From NCBI GenBank assembly GCA_043732185.1, contig JAYTHY010000046.1, positions 96,001 to 160,000 of the forward strand: a stretch of 64,000 nucleotides of DNA. The letters run 5' to 3'. This stretch comes from Fibrobacteria bacterium. Lineage in GTDB: Bacteria; Fibrobacterota; Fibrobacteria; UBA11236. Below the pieces are notes generated by a model that had not been told where the DNA came from, did no database searches, and was given only the letters and a program-made list of their open reading frames with translations. This document shows, piece after piece, positions 51,310 through 61,811 of this stretch (position 1 is its first letter; each line of letters opens with the position of its first letter). The translations under genes were made by a program, and so were the position numbers.

Positions 51310-51595
51310 CGGGGGGGAAAGATAACATTTTAACTATGGCTTTCAGGTCCATTTCTCCCATCATAGCAGGAGCATCCCCAGCAGCCACTTCCAATTGAGG
51401 GTTGGCTGCCGAAAAACGATAAACCCTTCTGGAAACCATGCCAACCAGGGCTAGGCTGCCACTGCCCAAATATTGAAACAATCGTGGTTCCAGCCCTTTG
51501 ATGGGCTCCCTTTCCAACGTGATGGATTCCGTGCTTGTCGCAGCCATGGCATTGCCCGCCAACCATTGACCTCGTTTATTTCCACAACAACCCAT
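51284..51595 (-). CDS. Small hypothetical protein with an N-terminal MGCCG motif
   Basis: [17 protein letters not shown]...[22 protein letters not shown]...GDAPAMM. The 3' end overlaps the carB start by 26 bp. Confidence 0.7.
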   Translation of the reverse strand: MGCCGNKRGQWLAGNAMAATSTESITLEREPIKGLEPRLFQYLGSGSLALVGMVSRRVYRFSAANPQLEVAAGDAPAMMGEMDLKAIVKMLSFPPDAQKNRPS

Positions 51596-51614
51596 ACCGA
51601 TTTTCTCCCCCTGT

Positions 51615-51884
51615 TTATTTTTTTTCCGTCGCTTTGAAAAGCAAACTGGCACCACCGGACAATGCCAGGCCTAGTATTCCCATTTCTAAATAATTGCCAC
51701 CCAAATAGACGGCAAAAGGAATCGCTATCCAAATACTGAGACAGTAAAAACAATCCATCAAACTTCCCAAAAATCCTTGCCCAAGCACTTTCCTTAATTT
51801 GAATATCCAATCAAAAGGCCCATCTTCCTGTGAAAAAAGATGGGCCAGCCGCCACACGGCGAGTGTAGCGACTAAGAATTCCAT
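51615..51884 (-). CDS. DUF1360-like small membrane protein with CxxC
   Basis: [17 protein letters not shown]...LR...[13 protein letters not shown], matching the RLxxL..D.../C.wC.s.W pattern of DUF1360. Confidence 0.78.
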   Translation of the reverse strand: MEFLVATLAVWRLAHLFSQEDGPFDWIFKLRKVLGQGFLGSLMDCFYCLSIWIAIPFAVYLGGNYLEMGILGLALSGGASLLFKATEKK

Positions 51885-51898
51885 GAATGATGTCCGGA

Positions 51899-54232
51899 TT
51901 ATGGCGACAACCTTTCCATGGCAACGCTGGAACTGGTAAGGTACTGTCCACTGCGGCCATCGTTGTATCCATTGGTCACCCGTTTATAGGCGCTCAGTGT
52001 AAAGCTGAGCACAGTATAATACTCGGCAGCTCGAATCCATCCCGTCTCCGAAGCCCCAGGTTGGAACTCGACTTTTATCATTCCAGGAGAAGAAAACGCC
52101 GCTAGCGTGCCCGTGTACCCGGGGCAATTGTTCGCAAAGGTATTGAGCGGTGCGGAACCGGAGGACATGGTTGTACTCAAGGACGTGGTATTTGCCAAAG
52201 GTGGCTTATGTGTGTTGATTTGCAAAGCCAACATCGGCTCCGGACAGCGTCCCATTGTCAGTTCAAATAAATCCACGAAGCCGTAGGGATCATTAGCCAT
52301 AAAAGACAGGTTCAAAGGATCGTTCATTTGTCCATCTGTTAAGCGATACAAGCCGCAACCCGCATTCACAATGGCAGGATTGGCAAATACCGGACCCACC
52401 AGTCCAAAGTTCAAGGGAACATTGTGGATATAAAGCGGAATCATATCGGAAAGGTTTGGCACTCGTTTTCCAGCAACATCATAGCAGTCAATTTTGACCA
52501 GGAAGGTACCAGGAGTAACAACACCCGCCACCATATCAAACAAAGTGGTGTACAGCTGCATGTACCGATCGGAATTGGCGAACTCCCAATCAATCCCTTC
52601 AGCATTGATTTCATGCTGAATGTTTTTGTACGCAGCCACATTAACCAAGTCACCACCATCTACATGTAAGGGCACAGTAAAAGGACCAACGTCATCGCCG
52701 ATATAATTTGGCAAATTGCGATTGGAAAATTTAGGGTGCTTATAATTCTGACTGACAAAGGTCCAATTGGAGGTTCCGGCACGTTTAATTCGGATGGTAT
52801 ACCATTTGGCGAGGTTTTGGTCAGCGGGTTTCGACGTGTCATACATACAGCCGCGCATATCAATGACACCCTCCCAAGCCGCACACTGTATTTTGAATTG
52901 GGCCATGGTGTTATTGACGGATATCCGCCCGGTGGAATCCAAGTCATTGCTATAGCCCGAGCGGGTGAGCGCCACCGCTGATTCAGAACCAAAAGTGTTC
53001 TGATTGCCACCGATAAAGACATTGCCCAAGCTGCCGACCAGATTGCCGTTGAAACATGCGGCAGTGGGCCGGACGGTGGATTTTGGCAAACACAAATTGA
53101 TGCGCTTTAAATTGGGAATATTGTAATAGGGCGCGCTTTCATACAGAACCGTATAGGGCGCGAAACCGGTGACTTTTACAATGATATCCGGATAAATAAT
53201 GACATCCACATTTTCACCGAAAGCGATATCGCCGGCATCAGCCAGTCCCGGAACTTCCAAATCAAATGCAAAGCGGAAGATATAATTGCCGAACATATCG
53301 GTTACGGTATCGCCCAACAATTGCCGGTTGCCCGTGCCCGAATATGCGCCCCCGGCCAACTCCGCTCCAGTGCGATCATACTCCTCAAAAGTTAGGGTGA
53401 TATTTTCAGCCGGTTCCGTTTGACATCCAAAGTAGAGTCCATCAATTGCCTTGGCGATGTCTGGCCGATTGGTAAAAATGTTTTCACTTATGGACATGGT
53501 TTCGCTGGTAGAAAAAGCGGAGGTGGATTTAACAGCCGCAGATTTTAGCAGATTGAATTCATTAAATGGTTTGCCCCCTGAAATCGCGCTCAATTCAGCT
53601 CTAGCCTTAGGCGCAGATTTGGAATCAACGGCTTCCTTGCGCTGGTATACCAACTGGGTTTTGGGAAGTGTCGCTTCGCCAAATAGGTCGAGCACAATAG
53701 GTTTGAAAGGTCCGGGATCGGGCTCGGGAGGAAATGGGAAATGCGGAACTCGCTCTGGATACAAATTGGTAATAAGATCCTTGAGCTTAGGATTCAACAT
53801 GGCATCCAACAACCCAGGATACGTATCGATCACATAAGGACGTTTTCGGCACGGATTGAAAAGGCAACGACCACTGTAAAGCGACACGTTGCCATAAATC
53901 ATGAAGTCATTGATGGTGGCCACTGTGCTGCAAGTTAAAACCAGGTCATTGAAATCACCGTCAGCGCCATCCTCAGATCCAATGTCAAATACATATTCAG
54001 TTCCCACCCTATGGGGAAATTTGATTTGAGCCTTAGATACCCGAAAGCCGGTGCCGGGATTGTTCTGAATGGCGATGGACCATTGATTGCCAACCACGGT
54101 GGCCGAAACTCCGACAGTTCCGGCATAACTGCCGTTTCCTGAAACTGCCCCACTCACTAGGAAGCGCTGGTCGTAGGAAGCACTTTTCGATTTAACTGTC
54201 ACTTTCCAGTTTCCCTGCATCGATATAATCAT
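51899..54232 (-). CDS. Large hypothetical protein (777 aa) with an N-terminal LecB/PA-IIL-like Ca/fucose-binding motif
   Basis: AAGGAA RBS before [24 protein letters not shown] motif; [10 protein letters not shown] linker; no signal peptide. Confidence 0.75.
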   Translation of the reverse strand: MIISMQGNWKVTVKSKSASYDQRFLVSGAVSGNGSYAGTVGVSATVVGNQWSIAIQNNPGTGFRVSKAQIKFPHRVGTEYVFDIGSEDGADGDFNDLVLTCSTVATINDFMIYGNVSLYSGRCLFNPCRKRPYVIDTYPGLLDAMLNPKLKDLITNLYPERVPHFPFPPEPDPGPFKPIVLDLFGEATLPKTQLVYQRKEAVDSKSAPKARAELSAISGGKPFNEFNLLKSAAVKSTSAFSTSETMSISENIFTNRPDIAKAIDGLYFGCQTEPAENITLTFEEYDRTGAELAGGAYSGTGNRQLLGDTVTDMFGNYIFRFAFDLEVPGLADAGDIAFGENVDVIIYPDIIVKVTGFAPYTVLYESAPYYNIPNLKRINLCLPKSTVRPTAACFNGNLVGSLGNVFIGGNQNTFGSESAVALTRSGYSNDLDSTGRISVNNTMAQFKIQCAAWEGVIDMRGCMYDTSKPADQNLAKWYTIRIKRAGTSNWTFVSQNYKHPKFSNRNLPNYIGDDVGPFTVPLHVDGGDLVNVAAYKNIQHEINAEGIDWEFANSDRYMQLYTTLFDMVAGVVTPGTFLVKIDCYDVAGKRVPNLSDMIPLYIHNVPLNFGLVGPVFANPAIVNAGCGLYRLTDGQMNDPLNLSFMANDPYGFVDLFELTMGRCPEPMLALQINTHKPPLANTTSLSTTMSSGSAPLNTFANNCPGYTGTLAAFSSPGMIKVEFQPGASETGWIRAAEYYTVLSFTLSAYKRVTNGYNDGRSGQYLTSSSVAMERLSP

Positions 54233-54571
54233 GATGTATTCCTTTGGTGATTGAATAAGCAGGGACCATCGGCCCCTTTGCGAATTAGACATCGCTATCG
54301 CCAAACCAGGTAACATTTTTTCTGTCTGTCGGCCTTGGCTGTCCCATTCTGAGAGGCTATGATGGCAGAGGCCAATCCGAATAATGCAATTGTGACGGGC
54401 AAGTCAAAAGGTAAATGGCTGAATGGAAGAGCACATTTAGCTACTGTGGGATAGGTAGCCATGAGCATGATCCAGGTATCGGAATTAGACACCAAACCCG
54501 ATTATATTTTTAGTTGCTCCTGGTAGCAGGGAGTGAAACGTGGGATTATTGCGCTGGTAGAGCGCGGCACC

Positions 54572-56602
54572 TTACAGCAGCCTTCCACAAGCATAACGCC
54601 TAATTTCCTGCGTGAGTTCAAAGTCAGCCAGGAGATCCGTATATCGGAGCGCACCATATCCACTTTGATCCGTCCCCTCCAGGTTACCGGTACCACGCGA
54701 TTTGAGATCCATTTCCGCAATTTTGAATCCATCATCGGTTTCAGAAAATCCGGTAAGGCGTTCCAGAGTATCCGCTGGCCATTCCTGCTCCGGCATGGCT
54801 AGAAAGCACCATGCCTGGGTGGATCCGCGCCCCGTGCGCCCGCGCAACTGATGCAATTGGGCAAGTCCAAAACGGTCCGGACCCTCGATGACCATCACAT
54901 TGGCATTGGGAACATCCACACCCACTTCGATCACCGTAGTTGCCAAAAGCAGGTGGATTTCTCCGGCTCTAAATGCTTTTAGCGTCGATTCTTTCTGCTC
55001 CTGCGTGAGTCGCCCATGAACGATTCCCACGCGCCAATCGTTTGTAAACGATCGAAGTTCTTTTTCAACCTTTTCTAAAGTCGCAATATCTTCATCAGGC
55101 CGGCGGGGCACCTCTGGTTTAGGCACTGGAATAGAGAAAATATCCGGATCGTCTGAAACAGGTTTTTCCGGTGACTTTCCGATTTGTGGAACGACCCAAT
55201 AAATTTGATTTCCGTTCAACGCTTCCTTGCGTAAAAAGGTGAGCATGTCGTGGCGTTTATGAGCGGGCACCAGTCGGGTTTTTACGGGCAATCGACCGGG
55301 TGGTTTTTCCTTCAGCACAAGACTTTCCAAATCGCCAAACACCGTATGCGCTAACGTGCGTGGAATGGGCGTTGCGGACATATACAGGATATCCGGATCA
55401 TTTCCTTTAGCAACGATAGCTTGCCTTTGTTGCACGCCAAAGCGGTGCTGCTCGTCGATAAGGACCAAACCCAAATCCCGGAATTGGACGCCTGCCGAGA
55501 ACAAAGCATGCGTACCCATGATAAAAGTCAACTCACCGGAGGCCAGCTTTTTCAGCATTTCCTCCCGCTCGGTTTTTCCGGTGTCACCTGTTAAAAGTCC
55601 GCAAGGAATTCCCGCTGCGGCAAGCCAAGGTGAAAGCGTTTGCATATGCTGGATTGCTAGAATTTCCGTGGGTGCAAGCAGTGAGACTTGACCTCCCGCC
55701 TCCAGCACATTGGCCGCCGCGAGCAAGGCTACCACGGTTTTGCCGGACCCTACATCACCCTGAAGCAATCCACAGAATTGACTGGCTTGCGCTTGACCTT
55801 CGGAAATCTTTTCCACCGCTTCCAGCTGCCCGGCTGTTAGTGAAAAGGGAAAGCCGGCCAACAACGTTTTCGCAAGGTGACGGGAATTTGGCCACGCCCT
55901 TCCGACCTTTAGCCTTTCGCGCTTCAATGCTTCCAAGCGCATGGACAAGGGCAACAGCTCGCGTATTTTTAGCTGCCGCCGTAAGTTGGGAATGCTGTCC
56001 ATACTTTGCGGCTGGTGCAAACCGCGCAGCAGATCCGCTTCCGCGATCAAACCCAGGTCCTTGCGTTCTTTTTCGGGAATGGCATCGGTAAAGGTGAATT
56101 GGTCTAGGGCGGAAAGACAGATGCGTTGTAAAAATTTATGCTCCACATGACCTGCAGCCATGTCCATAGTCAATGGATATCGGGAGAGGATGGACCCCTT
56201 CACTTCCTGGCCCTCTGCGAGAACTTCCCATTCCGGATGGACAATTTGCATGTCCCGAAAAAAAGACGGGACACCGGCTACCAAGATGCGCTGGCCTTCA
56301 TGAAACCGGTTTCTCAAAAATTGCACACCATTGAAAAAGAGGAGTTCTAAAGTGCCGGTTTCGTCCTCCACCTCAACCACCATGCGGGTTTGGATAATCG
56401 ATAGAGAGATGACCTTAGCAGGAAATATGGCGTCTTTTCCCACCTCCAGTTGGCCGATTGGGGTAAACTGGGTGCGGTCGATATAGCGCCTGGGCAGATG
56501 ATAGACTAGATCGCGGAGGGTGTGGATTCCTGCTTCAGCCAGCAGTTTTTTCCGCTTAGGACCCACGCCTTCCAGACGGGACATATCGGATACGCCGGAC
56601 AT
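54572..56602 (-). CDS. recG: ATP-dependent DNA helicase RecG
   Basis: LQGDVGSGKT, DEQHRFGV, MSATPIPRTL, RFGLAQLHQLRGR and DGFKIAEMDL. Start set at MSGVSD (56602). Confidence 0.96.
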   Translation of the reverse strand: MSGVSDMSRLEGVGPKRKKLLAEAGIHTLRDLVYHLPRRYIDRTQFTPIGQLEVGKDAIFPAKVISLSIIQTRMVVEVEDETGTLELLFFNGVQFLRNRFHEGQRILVAGVPSFFRDMQIVHPEWEVLAEGQEVKGSILSRYPLTMDMAAGHVEHKFLQRICLSALDQFTFTDAIPEKERKDLGLIAEADLLRGLHQPQSMDSIPNLRRQLKIRELLPLSMRLEALKRERLKVGRAWPNSRHLAKTLLAGFPFSLTAGQLEAVEKISEGQAQASQFCGLLQGDVGSGKTVVALLAAANVLEAGGQVSLLAPTEILAIQHMQTLSPWLAAAGIPCGLLTGDTGKTEREEMLKKLASGELTFIMGTHALFSAGVQFRDLGLVLIDEQHRFGVQQRQAIVAKGNDPDILYMSATPIPRTLAHTVFGDLESLVLKEKPPGRLPVKTRLVPAHKRHDMLTFLRKEALNGNQIYWVVPQIGKSPEKPVSDDPDIFSIPVPKPEVPRRPDEDIATLEKVEKELRSFTNDWRVGIVHGRLTQEQKESTLKAFRAGEIHLLLATTVIEVGVDVPNANVMVIEGPDRFGLAQLHQLRGRTGRGSTQAWCFLAMPEQEWPADTLERLTGFSETDDGFKIAEMDLKSRGTGNLEGTDQSGYGALRYTDLLADFELTQEIRRYACGRLL

Positions 56603-56647
56603 ACCCGAAAAGATAGCCTCTTTCTTAAACGTCTGGGGCAAGCACCA

Positions 56648-58246
56648 TCAGTACTTGAATTCCGTGGCGTTGATTTCAAAACGACTTAATGCATAGCGAA
56701 GTTGTCTTAGGGACACGCCGAGCATTCGGGCCGCATGCGTTTGAATGCCGCCGGCATTGTGCATGGCCTCGCGGATATCCTTTTCCCGCAATGGCACCCG
56801 CTCATATAGTTGGCGCTCTTTGGAACGGCTACTCAAAGGTGAAAAGGTCACGGCGGCATTGGTAGCAGCTGGTAAAGGTACAGGAACAGGATCCGGTACC
56901 TCAATCATGGAATTGAGTATGGGAATGTCCTTGGGTGTGAGCGCTTCCGACCCGGCCAACACTACAGTTCTCTCGATGGTGTTTTCCAACTCCCGAACGT
57001 TTCCAGGCCACGGGTAGCCTTCCAAAAACTCCATCACTTCGCGCGAGACGGTGATGCGCTTATTGTACTTGGTCGTAAACTTTTTCAGAAAGTAGGAGAC
57101 CAGCGGCAAAATATCTTCTTTGCGTTGCCTGAGTGGAGGCACATTCAGTGGAACAACCATCAGCCTATAGTAGAGGTCTTCACGGAATTTCTTGTCCCTG
57201 ACCATCTGTTCCAAATTCGCATTGGTTGCACAGATAAGGCGCACATCCGCAGTCATAGTTTTGGAGGAGCCGACGCGTTCAAAGGTGCCATCTTGAATGA
57301 CGCGAAGCAATTTGGCTTGGGTCTCCGCCGGAATCTCACCGATTTCATCCAAAAATAGAGTACCGCCATCCGCGGCTTCAAACCGGCCGATCCGTTGCGC
57401 CAAGGCTCCCGTAAAAGCACCTTTCTCATGCCCAAAAAGTTCACTTTCAATGAGGCCACTGGGGAGCGCGGCGCAGTTTACAATGACAAACGGAGCCTTC
57501 TGCCTTGGGCTGGAATAGTGGATGGAACGAGCCAATAACGTTTTTCCTGTACCGCTTTCTCCACGCAACAAAACGGATGCATCTGTACCGGACACTCTTT
57601 TGACCATTGCCAATGTTTTGGACATAGCCGATGAATTGCTTATCAAATTATCGGGGTTGAAGCGCTCTTCCAATTCTGCATGCAGTTCTTTGTTCTCTTG
57701 TACCAGACGGGAATTCTCTTCGCGTATCATTTCCGCAATGCGCAACGTTTGAGAAAGCAATGAAGCGACAATCTTCATTACTCGGATGTCCTCATCCACC
57801 ATGGTGCTGCTGCGCGATGTGCGGTGCGCGGTAATGACACCAATGGGTCGTGAATCGAGAATTACCGGAACGGCGATAAACCCTATCCGATACAAATTGA
57901 AGGCTTCCGCATTGTCTTTGGGTATGGGAATACCCGGCATTTCGTCCGCATCCGGCAATGCCATGGGTAGGCAATTGCTGAAAACCTTGCCTACAAAATC
58001 ATCACCAATTTTATAGACAGCACTGCGAATTTCCTCGGGCGAGAATCCGATACTCGCCTTTATCACTAAAAACTTTCGATCGGAAGTGGGCATCAACAAG
58101 GTGCCTCGTTCCAAATCCAAAGTTTCGGAGAGGGTATGCAGACATTGATTCGCCACTTCCCGATAATCGAGCGAGGAACTGAAAAGTTTGCTGATCTCGG
58201 TTAAGGCAGTCATAATTCTGCCCTGATGAATGGTAAAGTCTCTCAT
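56648..58246 (-). CDS. Sigma-54-dependent transcriptional activator, NifA-like (GAF-AAA+-HTH)
   Basis: N-terminal [33 protein letters not shown] and [11 protein letters not shown]-terminal Fis-type HTH. Confidence 0.9.
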   Translation of the reverse strand: MRDFTIHQGRIMTALTEISKLFSSSLDYREVANQCLHTLSETLDLERGTLLMPTSDRKFLVIKASIGFSPEEIRSAVYKIGDDFVGKVFSNCLPMALPDADEMPGIPIPKDNAEAFNLYRIGFIAVPVILDSRPIGVITAHRTSRSSTMVDEDIRVMKIVASLLSQTLRIAEMIREENSRLVQENKELHAELEERFNPDNLISNSSAMSKTLAMVKRVSGTDASVLLRGESGTGKTLLARSIHYSSPRQKAPFVIVNCAALPSGLIESELFGHEKGAFTGALAQRIGRFEAADGGTLFLDEIGEIPAETQAKLLRVIQDGTFERVGSSKTMTADVRLICATNANLEQMVRDKKFREDLYYRLMVVPLNVPPLRQRKEDILPLVSYFLKKFTTKYNKRITVSREVMEFLEGYPWPGNVRELENTIERTVVLAGSEALTPKDIPILNSMIEVPDPVPVPLPAATNAAVTFSPLSSRSKERQLYERVPLREKDIREAMHNAGGIQTHAARMLGVSLRQLRYALSRFEINATEFKY

Positions 58247-58261
58247 GCCTTCAATCCTAAT

Positions 58262-58303
58262 ATGTCAATTATTGACATTAAAGTGAACAAATATCGTATT
58301 TGT
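58262..58303. promoter_or_regulatory. Two palindromic candidate operators in the divergent activator/pepA intergenic region
   Basis: ATGTCAAT-T-ATTGACAT (58262-58278) and ACAAATA-TCG-TATTTGT (58287-58303). Confidence 0.55.
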
Positions 58304-58474
58304 CATTATTTGTCTGATTTTTCATTGCTTTCAAGCGTTGTATCTTAACAAAAGCAAAAAATACACCAAAAAAGCTGGGACGCCATCATCCTAAAATCGC
58401 GAAATCGCACAAAAGAGGTTAAAGCGAGTAGAATTCAGAGTATTCTTACCTAAAACCCCTTATTTGAGGCCCAC

Positions 58475-59956
58475 ATGAAGCTGCTTTTAGCATCGATGGA
58501 AAAATTACCCGCCGCGCAAATTCCACCCCTCATCCTAATTGCCGACCAGGAAAAGTTGCTTGGAACACTGCCCAAAGCCAATGACACAAACTCTGCCAAA
58601 GTCAGGGAAATTGTCAAACAGCAAACGGCCAAACTGCTCACAGAAACCATTGAGCTGCTTTCCGGCACCAGCCCACTACTGGCAGTTTGTCAGGTGCCAA
58701 CCAAAAAAGGGCTCGATGGCGAAGACCGTTTACGCCTCGCCGCTTCTCGCATTCTCGATTTTCAAAAAAGCCGATCCCTTCCCCGCGTGGCGATTTCCTT
58801 GGACAAGGCGACTGCCAGGGAATTTCAAGCGATATGCGAAGGCTTGTTGATTTCCGCCTATGACTTTCGCAAATACAAAAGCGATAAAAATGCAGGTAAG
58901 CATGCTAACAATGAAGTGATGCTGCTCGTATCCGCTCAAGACCTTAAGAGCTTTTCCCTTGTCCTGTCCGAAGTGGAAACCATTTGCCACCAGATCAACC
59001 TGTGCCGCGACCTAGTCAATGAACCCGGCTCCGCTTTGGATCCGCAGGACTTTGCGGAATACGCGCGCAAGGCTGCCAAAGAGTTCTCGCTTACGGTTAA
59101 AATCAGAGATGAGAAAAAATTGGTTAGCGATGGATACATGGGATTATGGACCGTGGGCAAAGGATCGGACCGACCACCGCGCATGGTAACCTTGGAGTAC
59201 ACAGGTGGGAAAGCACGTAAGAACGGGCCCCATCTGTGCATTGTAGGCAAAGGCGTCACTTTCGATACCGGTGGCATCAGCATCAAACCCAGTCAGGGCA
59301 TGTGGGAAATGAAATGCGACATGGCAGGTGCGGCTACGGCCCTTACAGCTTTGTGCGCCATTGCGGCTTTGAAGTTGCCCATTAAAGTCAGCGCCGTGCT
59401 TTGCCTTGCGGAAAATCGCCCTGGCAATGCTTCCGTTTTACCCGGTGATATTTTCACCGCCAAAAACGGCAAGACCATTATGGTGGACAATACCGATGCG
59501 GAAGGTCGTTTGGTCTTAACCGATGGATTGGCAGAAGCCGGTGCCCTAGGAGCGACGCATATAATTGACTTGGCCACTTTGACCGGCGCCATCGTCCGCG
59601 CCTTAGGTACATCGATCGCGGGACTTTTTAGTAACGAGCCGGACTTTTCCCAAACCATTCTCACGGCCGGCAAAAATGTCGGAGAGAAATACTGTGCCAT
59701 TCCCATTGAAGAAGAATACCGGGAGCATCTCGACGATCCGGTTGCCGATATGAAAAATGTTGGCAAATCGGAAGCGGGTGCCATTACCGCAGCACTATTT
59801 CTCCAAGAATTCGTACCCGCCAAGACCGCTTGGTCTCATCTCGACATCGCCGGGACGGCCTTTACCACTTCCACATGGAAATATTTCAAGCCTGGGGGAA
59901 CCGGTTTTGGAGTCAAGACCTTGGTGGAAACGGCCCGTAGCCTTGCCGGACGTTGA
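58475..59956 (+). CDS. pepA: M17 family leucyl aminopeptidase
   Basis: VGKGVTFDTGG, MKCDMAGA, NTDAEGRL and HLDIAG. Confidence 0.93.
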   Translation: MKLLLASMEKLPAAQIPPLILIADQEKLLGTLPKANDTNSAKVREIVKQQTAKLLTETIELLSGTSPLLAVCQVPTKKGLDGEDRLRLAASRILDFQKSRSLPRVAISLDKATAREFQAICEGLLISAYDFRKYKSDKNAGKHANNEVMLLVSAQDLKSFSLVLSEVETICHQINLCRDLVNEPGSALDPQDFAEYARKAAKEFSLTVKIRDEKKLVSDGYMGLWTVGKGSDRPPRMVTLEYTGGKARKNGPHLCIVGKGVTFDTGGISIKPSQGMWEMKCDMAGAATALTALCAIAALKLPIKVSAVLCLAENRPGNASVLPGDIFTAKNGKTIMVDNTDAEGRLVLTDGLAEAGALGATHIIDLATLTGAIVRALGTSIAGLFSNEPDFSQTILTAGKNVGEKYCAIPIEEEYREHLDDPVADMKNVGKSEAGAITAALFLQEFVPAKTAWSHLDIAGTAFTTSTWKYFKPGGTGFGVKTLVETARSLAGR

Positions 59957-60023
59957 ACGAATGGCGTAGAACACGTGGCTCCGGTCTCATCCCGAACCGC
60001 TGGGTTGCTATATTAAATCGCAC

Positions 60024-61811
60024 ATGGAAAAAATTGGAATTGTCGATTTTGGTGGGCAATATACCCATTTGATTGCCCGGCGCATTCGTCAGTTGGGCGT
60101 CTATTCGGAAGTCATTCACCCGCAGACCGAATCTGGGGATTTAAAAGAACTGGTGGGCCTGATTTTTTCCGGAGGCCCTTCTTCCGTTTATGATCCAGAA
60201 GCCCCATCTTGCAGTCCGGCCTTGTTGGATTCCGGCTTGCCGATTCTCGGCTTGTGTTATGGGCATCAACTCATCAGCCATAAATTAGGCGGGGCTGTCA
60301 AGCCCGGTAAAGTCCACGAATTCGGCCGGGCGGAATTCCATCCGGAGATTTCCCATCCCCTATTTGCAGGCCTCTCCGCCGTTTCCACAGTTTGGATGAG
60401 TCATGGTGATGAGGTGGTCAAATTGCCACCAGGATTTCGAAGCATAGGCAATACCAGTGATTGTGAAATGGCAGCCGTGGCCAATGATGTCAAGCGCATT
60501 TACGGAGTTCAATTTCACCCTGAGGTGACCCATTCCATTGAAGGATTGGACATCTTTAAAAACTTCCTCAAGATTTGCGGATGTCGGTTTACCTGGAAAG
60601 TGGCGGACTATATGGCTGCCCTGGAAGGCAAGCTACTGCGCCAATGCGAAGGTCGGAAAGTATTTTTGCTCGTAAGTGGCGGCGTCGATTCTACCGTTGC
60701 CTTTGCTTTGCTCAATCGTATTCTGGGGCCCGACCGTGTACTCGGCCTGCATATTGACAATGGTCTGATGCGGAAAAACGAAAGCGCCGATGTTCTGGAA
60801 TTCATGCACAAGGAAGGCTTTCACAATCTGAAAGTGCGCGATGCAACCGAGGACTTTCTTAAGGCCCTTTCCGGCCTGCATGCCCCGGAAGCCAAACGGA
60901 AAGCCATCGGCGATATGTTCCTGGAAGTTAAGGATAAGGCCTTGGCGGATCTGCAGCTTGATCCAAATGCTTGGCTGTTGGCCCAAGGCACAATTTATCC
61001 AGATACCATTGAGAGCGGCGGAACGCAGCATGCTTCAGTGATCAAAACCCACCACAATCGGGTGGGTGCCATCATGGAATTATTGGCCAAGGGACTTGTG
61101 GTGGAGCCGTTGGCCGATTTGTACAAAGATGAAGTACGCGAGTTGGGTTTGTTACTCGGCATTCCACCTAAACTCATTTGGCGGCATCCTTTTCCAGGAC
61201 CTGGATTGGGCGTGCGGCTCTTGTGCAGCACCGAATCCGGCAGCCATGTCCAATCCGATATCGTTACCAAGGTACACAGCGCCTTATCCATTGAAGGGCT
61301 CGAAGGAGAGGTGCTGCCGGTAGAAAGCGTTGGCGTACAAGGCGATGCCCGTACGTATGCGCATCCCATCCTGCTGCGCGGCCCTAAGGACTGGGAGTTG
61401 TGCGATCGCATCTCGACTCTTTTAACCAATCGTATCCGTGAGGTCAATCGAGTGGTTTTGGAAATTGGGGCGATGCCGGGCGGGGCCTACGTGCCTGTGG
61501 CGGCTGAATGCGACGCCTCTCGCCTGCATTTTTTACGCGAAGCGGATTCCATTTGTACCGATTTTTTAATGGAGTCGAATCTATACTCCTCAGTATGGCA
61601 AATGCCAGTGGTACTGCTACCGCTTACCTGGTGCGACAAGCCCGTGATTGTCATTCGTCCCGTTGTCTCTTCCGAAGCCATGACGGCTACTTTTGCATCG
61701 CTTCCCTTTCCGGAACTTGAAAAACTTTGGCATCGCCTAGCACAGGCAGGCGTTGGTGCGCTTCTGTACGACGTGACGCATAAACCCCCGGGAACCATAG
61801 AGTGGGAATGA
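60024..61811 (+). CDS. guaA: GMP synthase (glutamine-hydrolysing), long form
   Basis: DFGGQY, GLCYGHQ, QFHPEV, SGGVDS, IKTHHN, RHPFPGPGL and KPPGTIEWE. Confidence 0.96.
   Translation: MEKIGIVDFGGQYTHLIARRIRQLGVYSEVIHPQTESGDLKELVGLIFSGGPSSVYDPEAPSCSPALLDSGLPILGLCYGHQLISHKLGGAVKPGKVHEFGRAEFHPEISHPLFAGLSAVSTVWMSHGDEVVKLPPGFRSIGNTSDCEMAAVANDVKRIYGVQFHPEVTHSIEGLDIFKNFLKICGCRFTWKVADYMAALEGKLLRQCEGRKVFLLVSGGVDSTVAFALLNRILGPDRVLGLHIDNGLMRKNESADVLEFMHKEGFHNLKVRDATEDFLKALSGLHAPEAKRKAIGDMFLEVKDKALADLQLDPNAWLLAQGTIYPDTIESGGTQHASVIKTHHNRVGAIMELLAKGLVVEPLADLYKDEVRELGLLLGIPPKLIWRHPFPGPGLGVRLLCSTESGSHVQSDIVTKVHSALSIEGLEGEVLPVESVGVQGDARTYAHPILLRGPKDWELCDRISTLLTNRIREVNRVVLEIGAMPGGAYVPVAAECDASRLHFLREADSICTDFLMESNLYSSVWQMPVVLLPLTWCDKPVIVIRPVVSSEAMTATFASLPFPELEKLWHRLAQAGVGALLYDVTHKPPGTIEWE

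Noticed and set aside
54295..54495. 66-aa ORF between recG and the lectin-motif gene
   Set aside because: No RBS or recognisable motif; more likely promoter-containing intergenic DNA.
56648..58246. Calling the activator nifA and inferring nitrogen fixation
   Set aside because: The GAF-AAA-HTH architecture is shared by many activators and no nif genes are present in the window.
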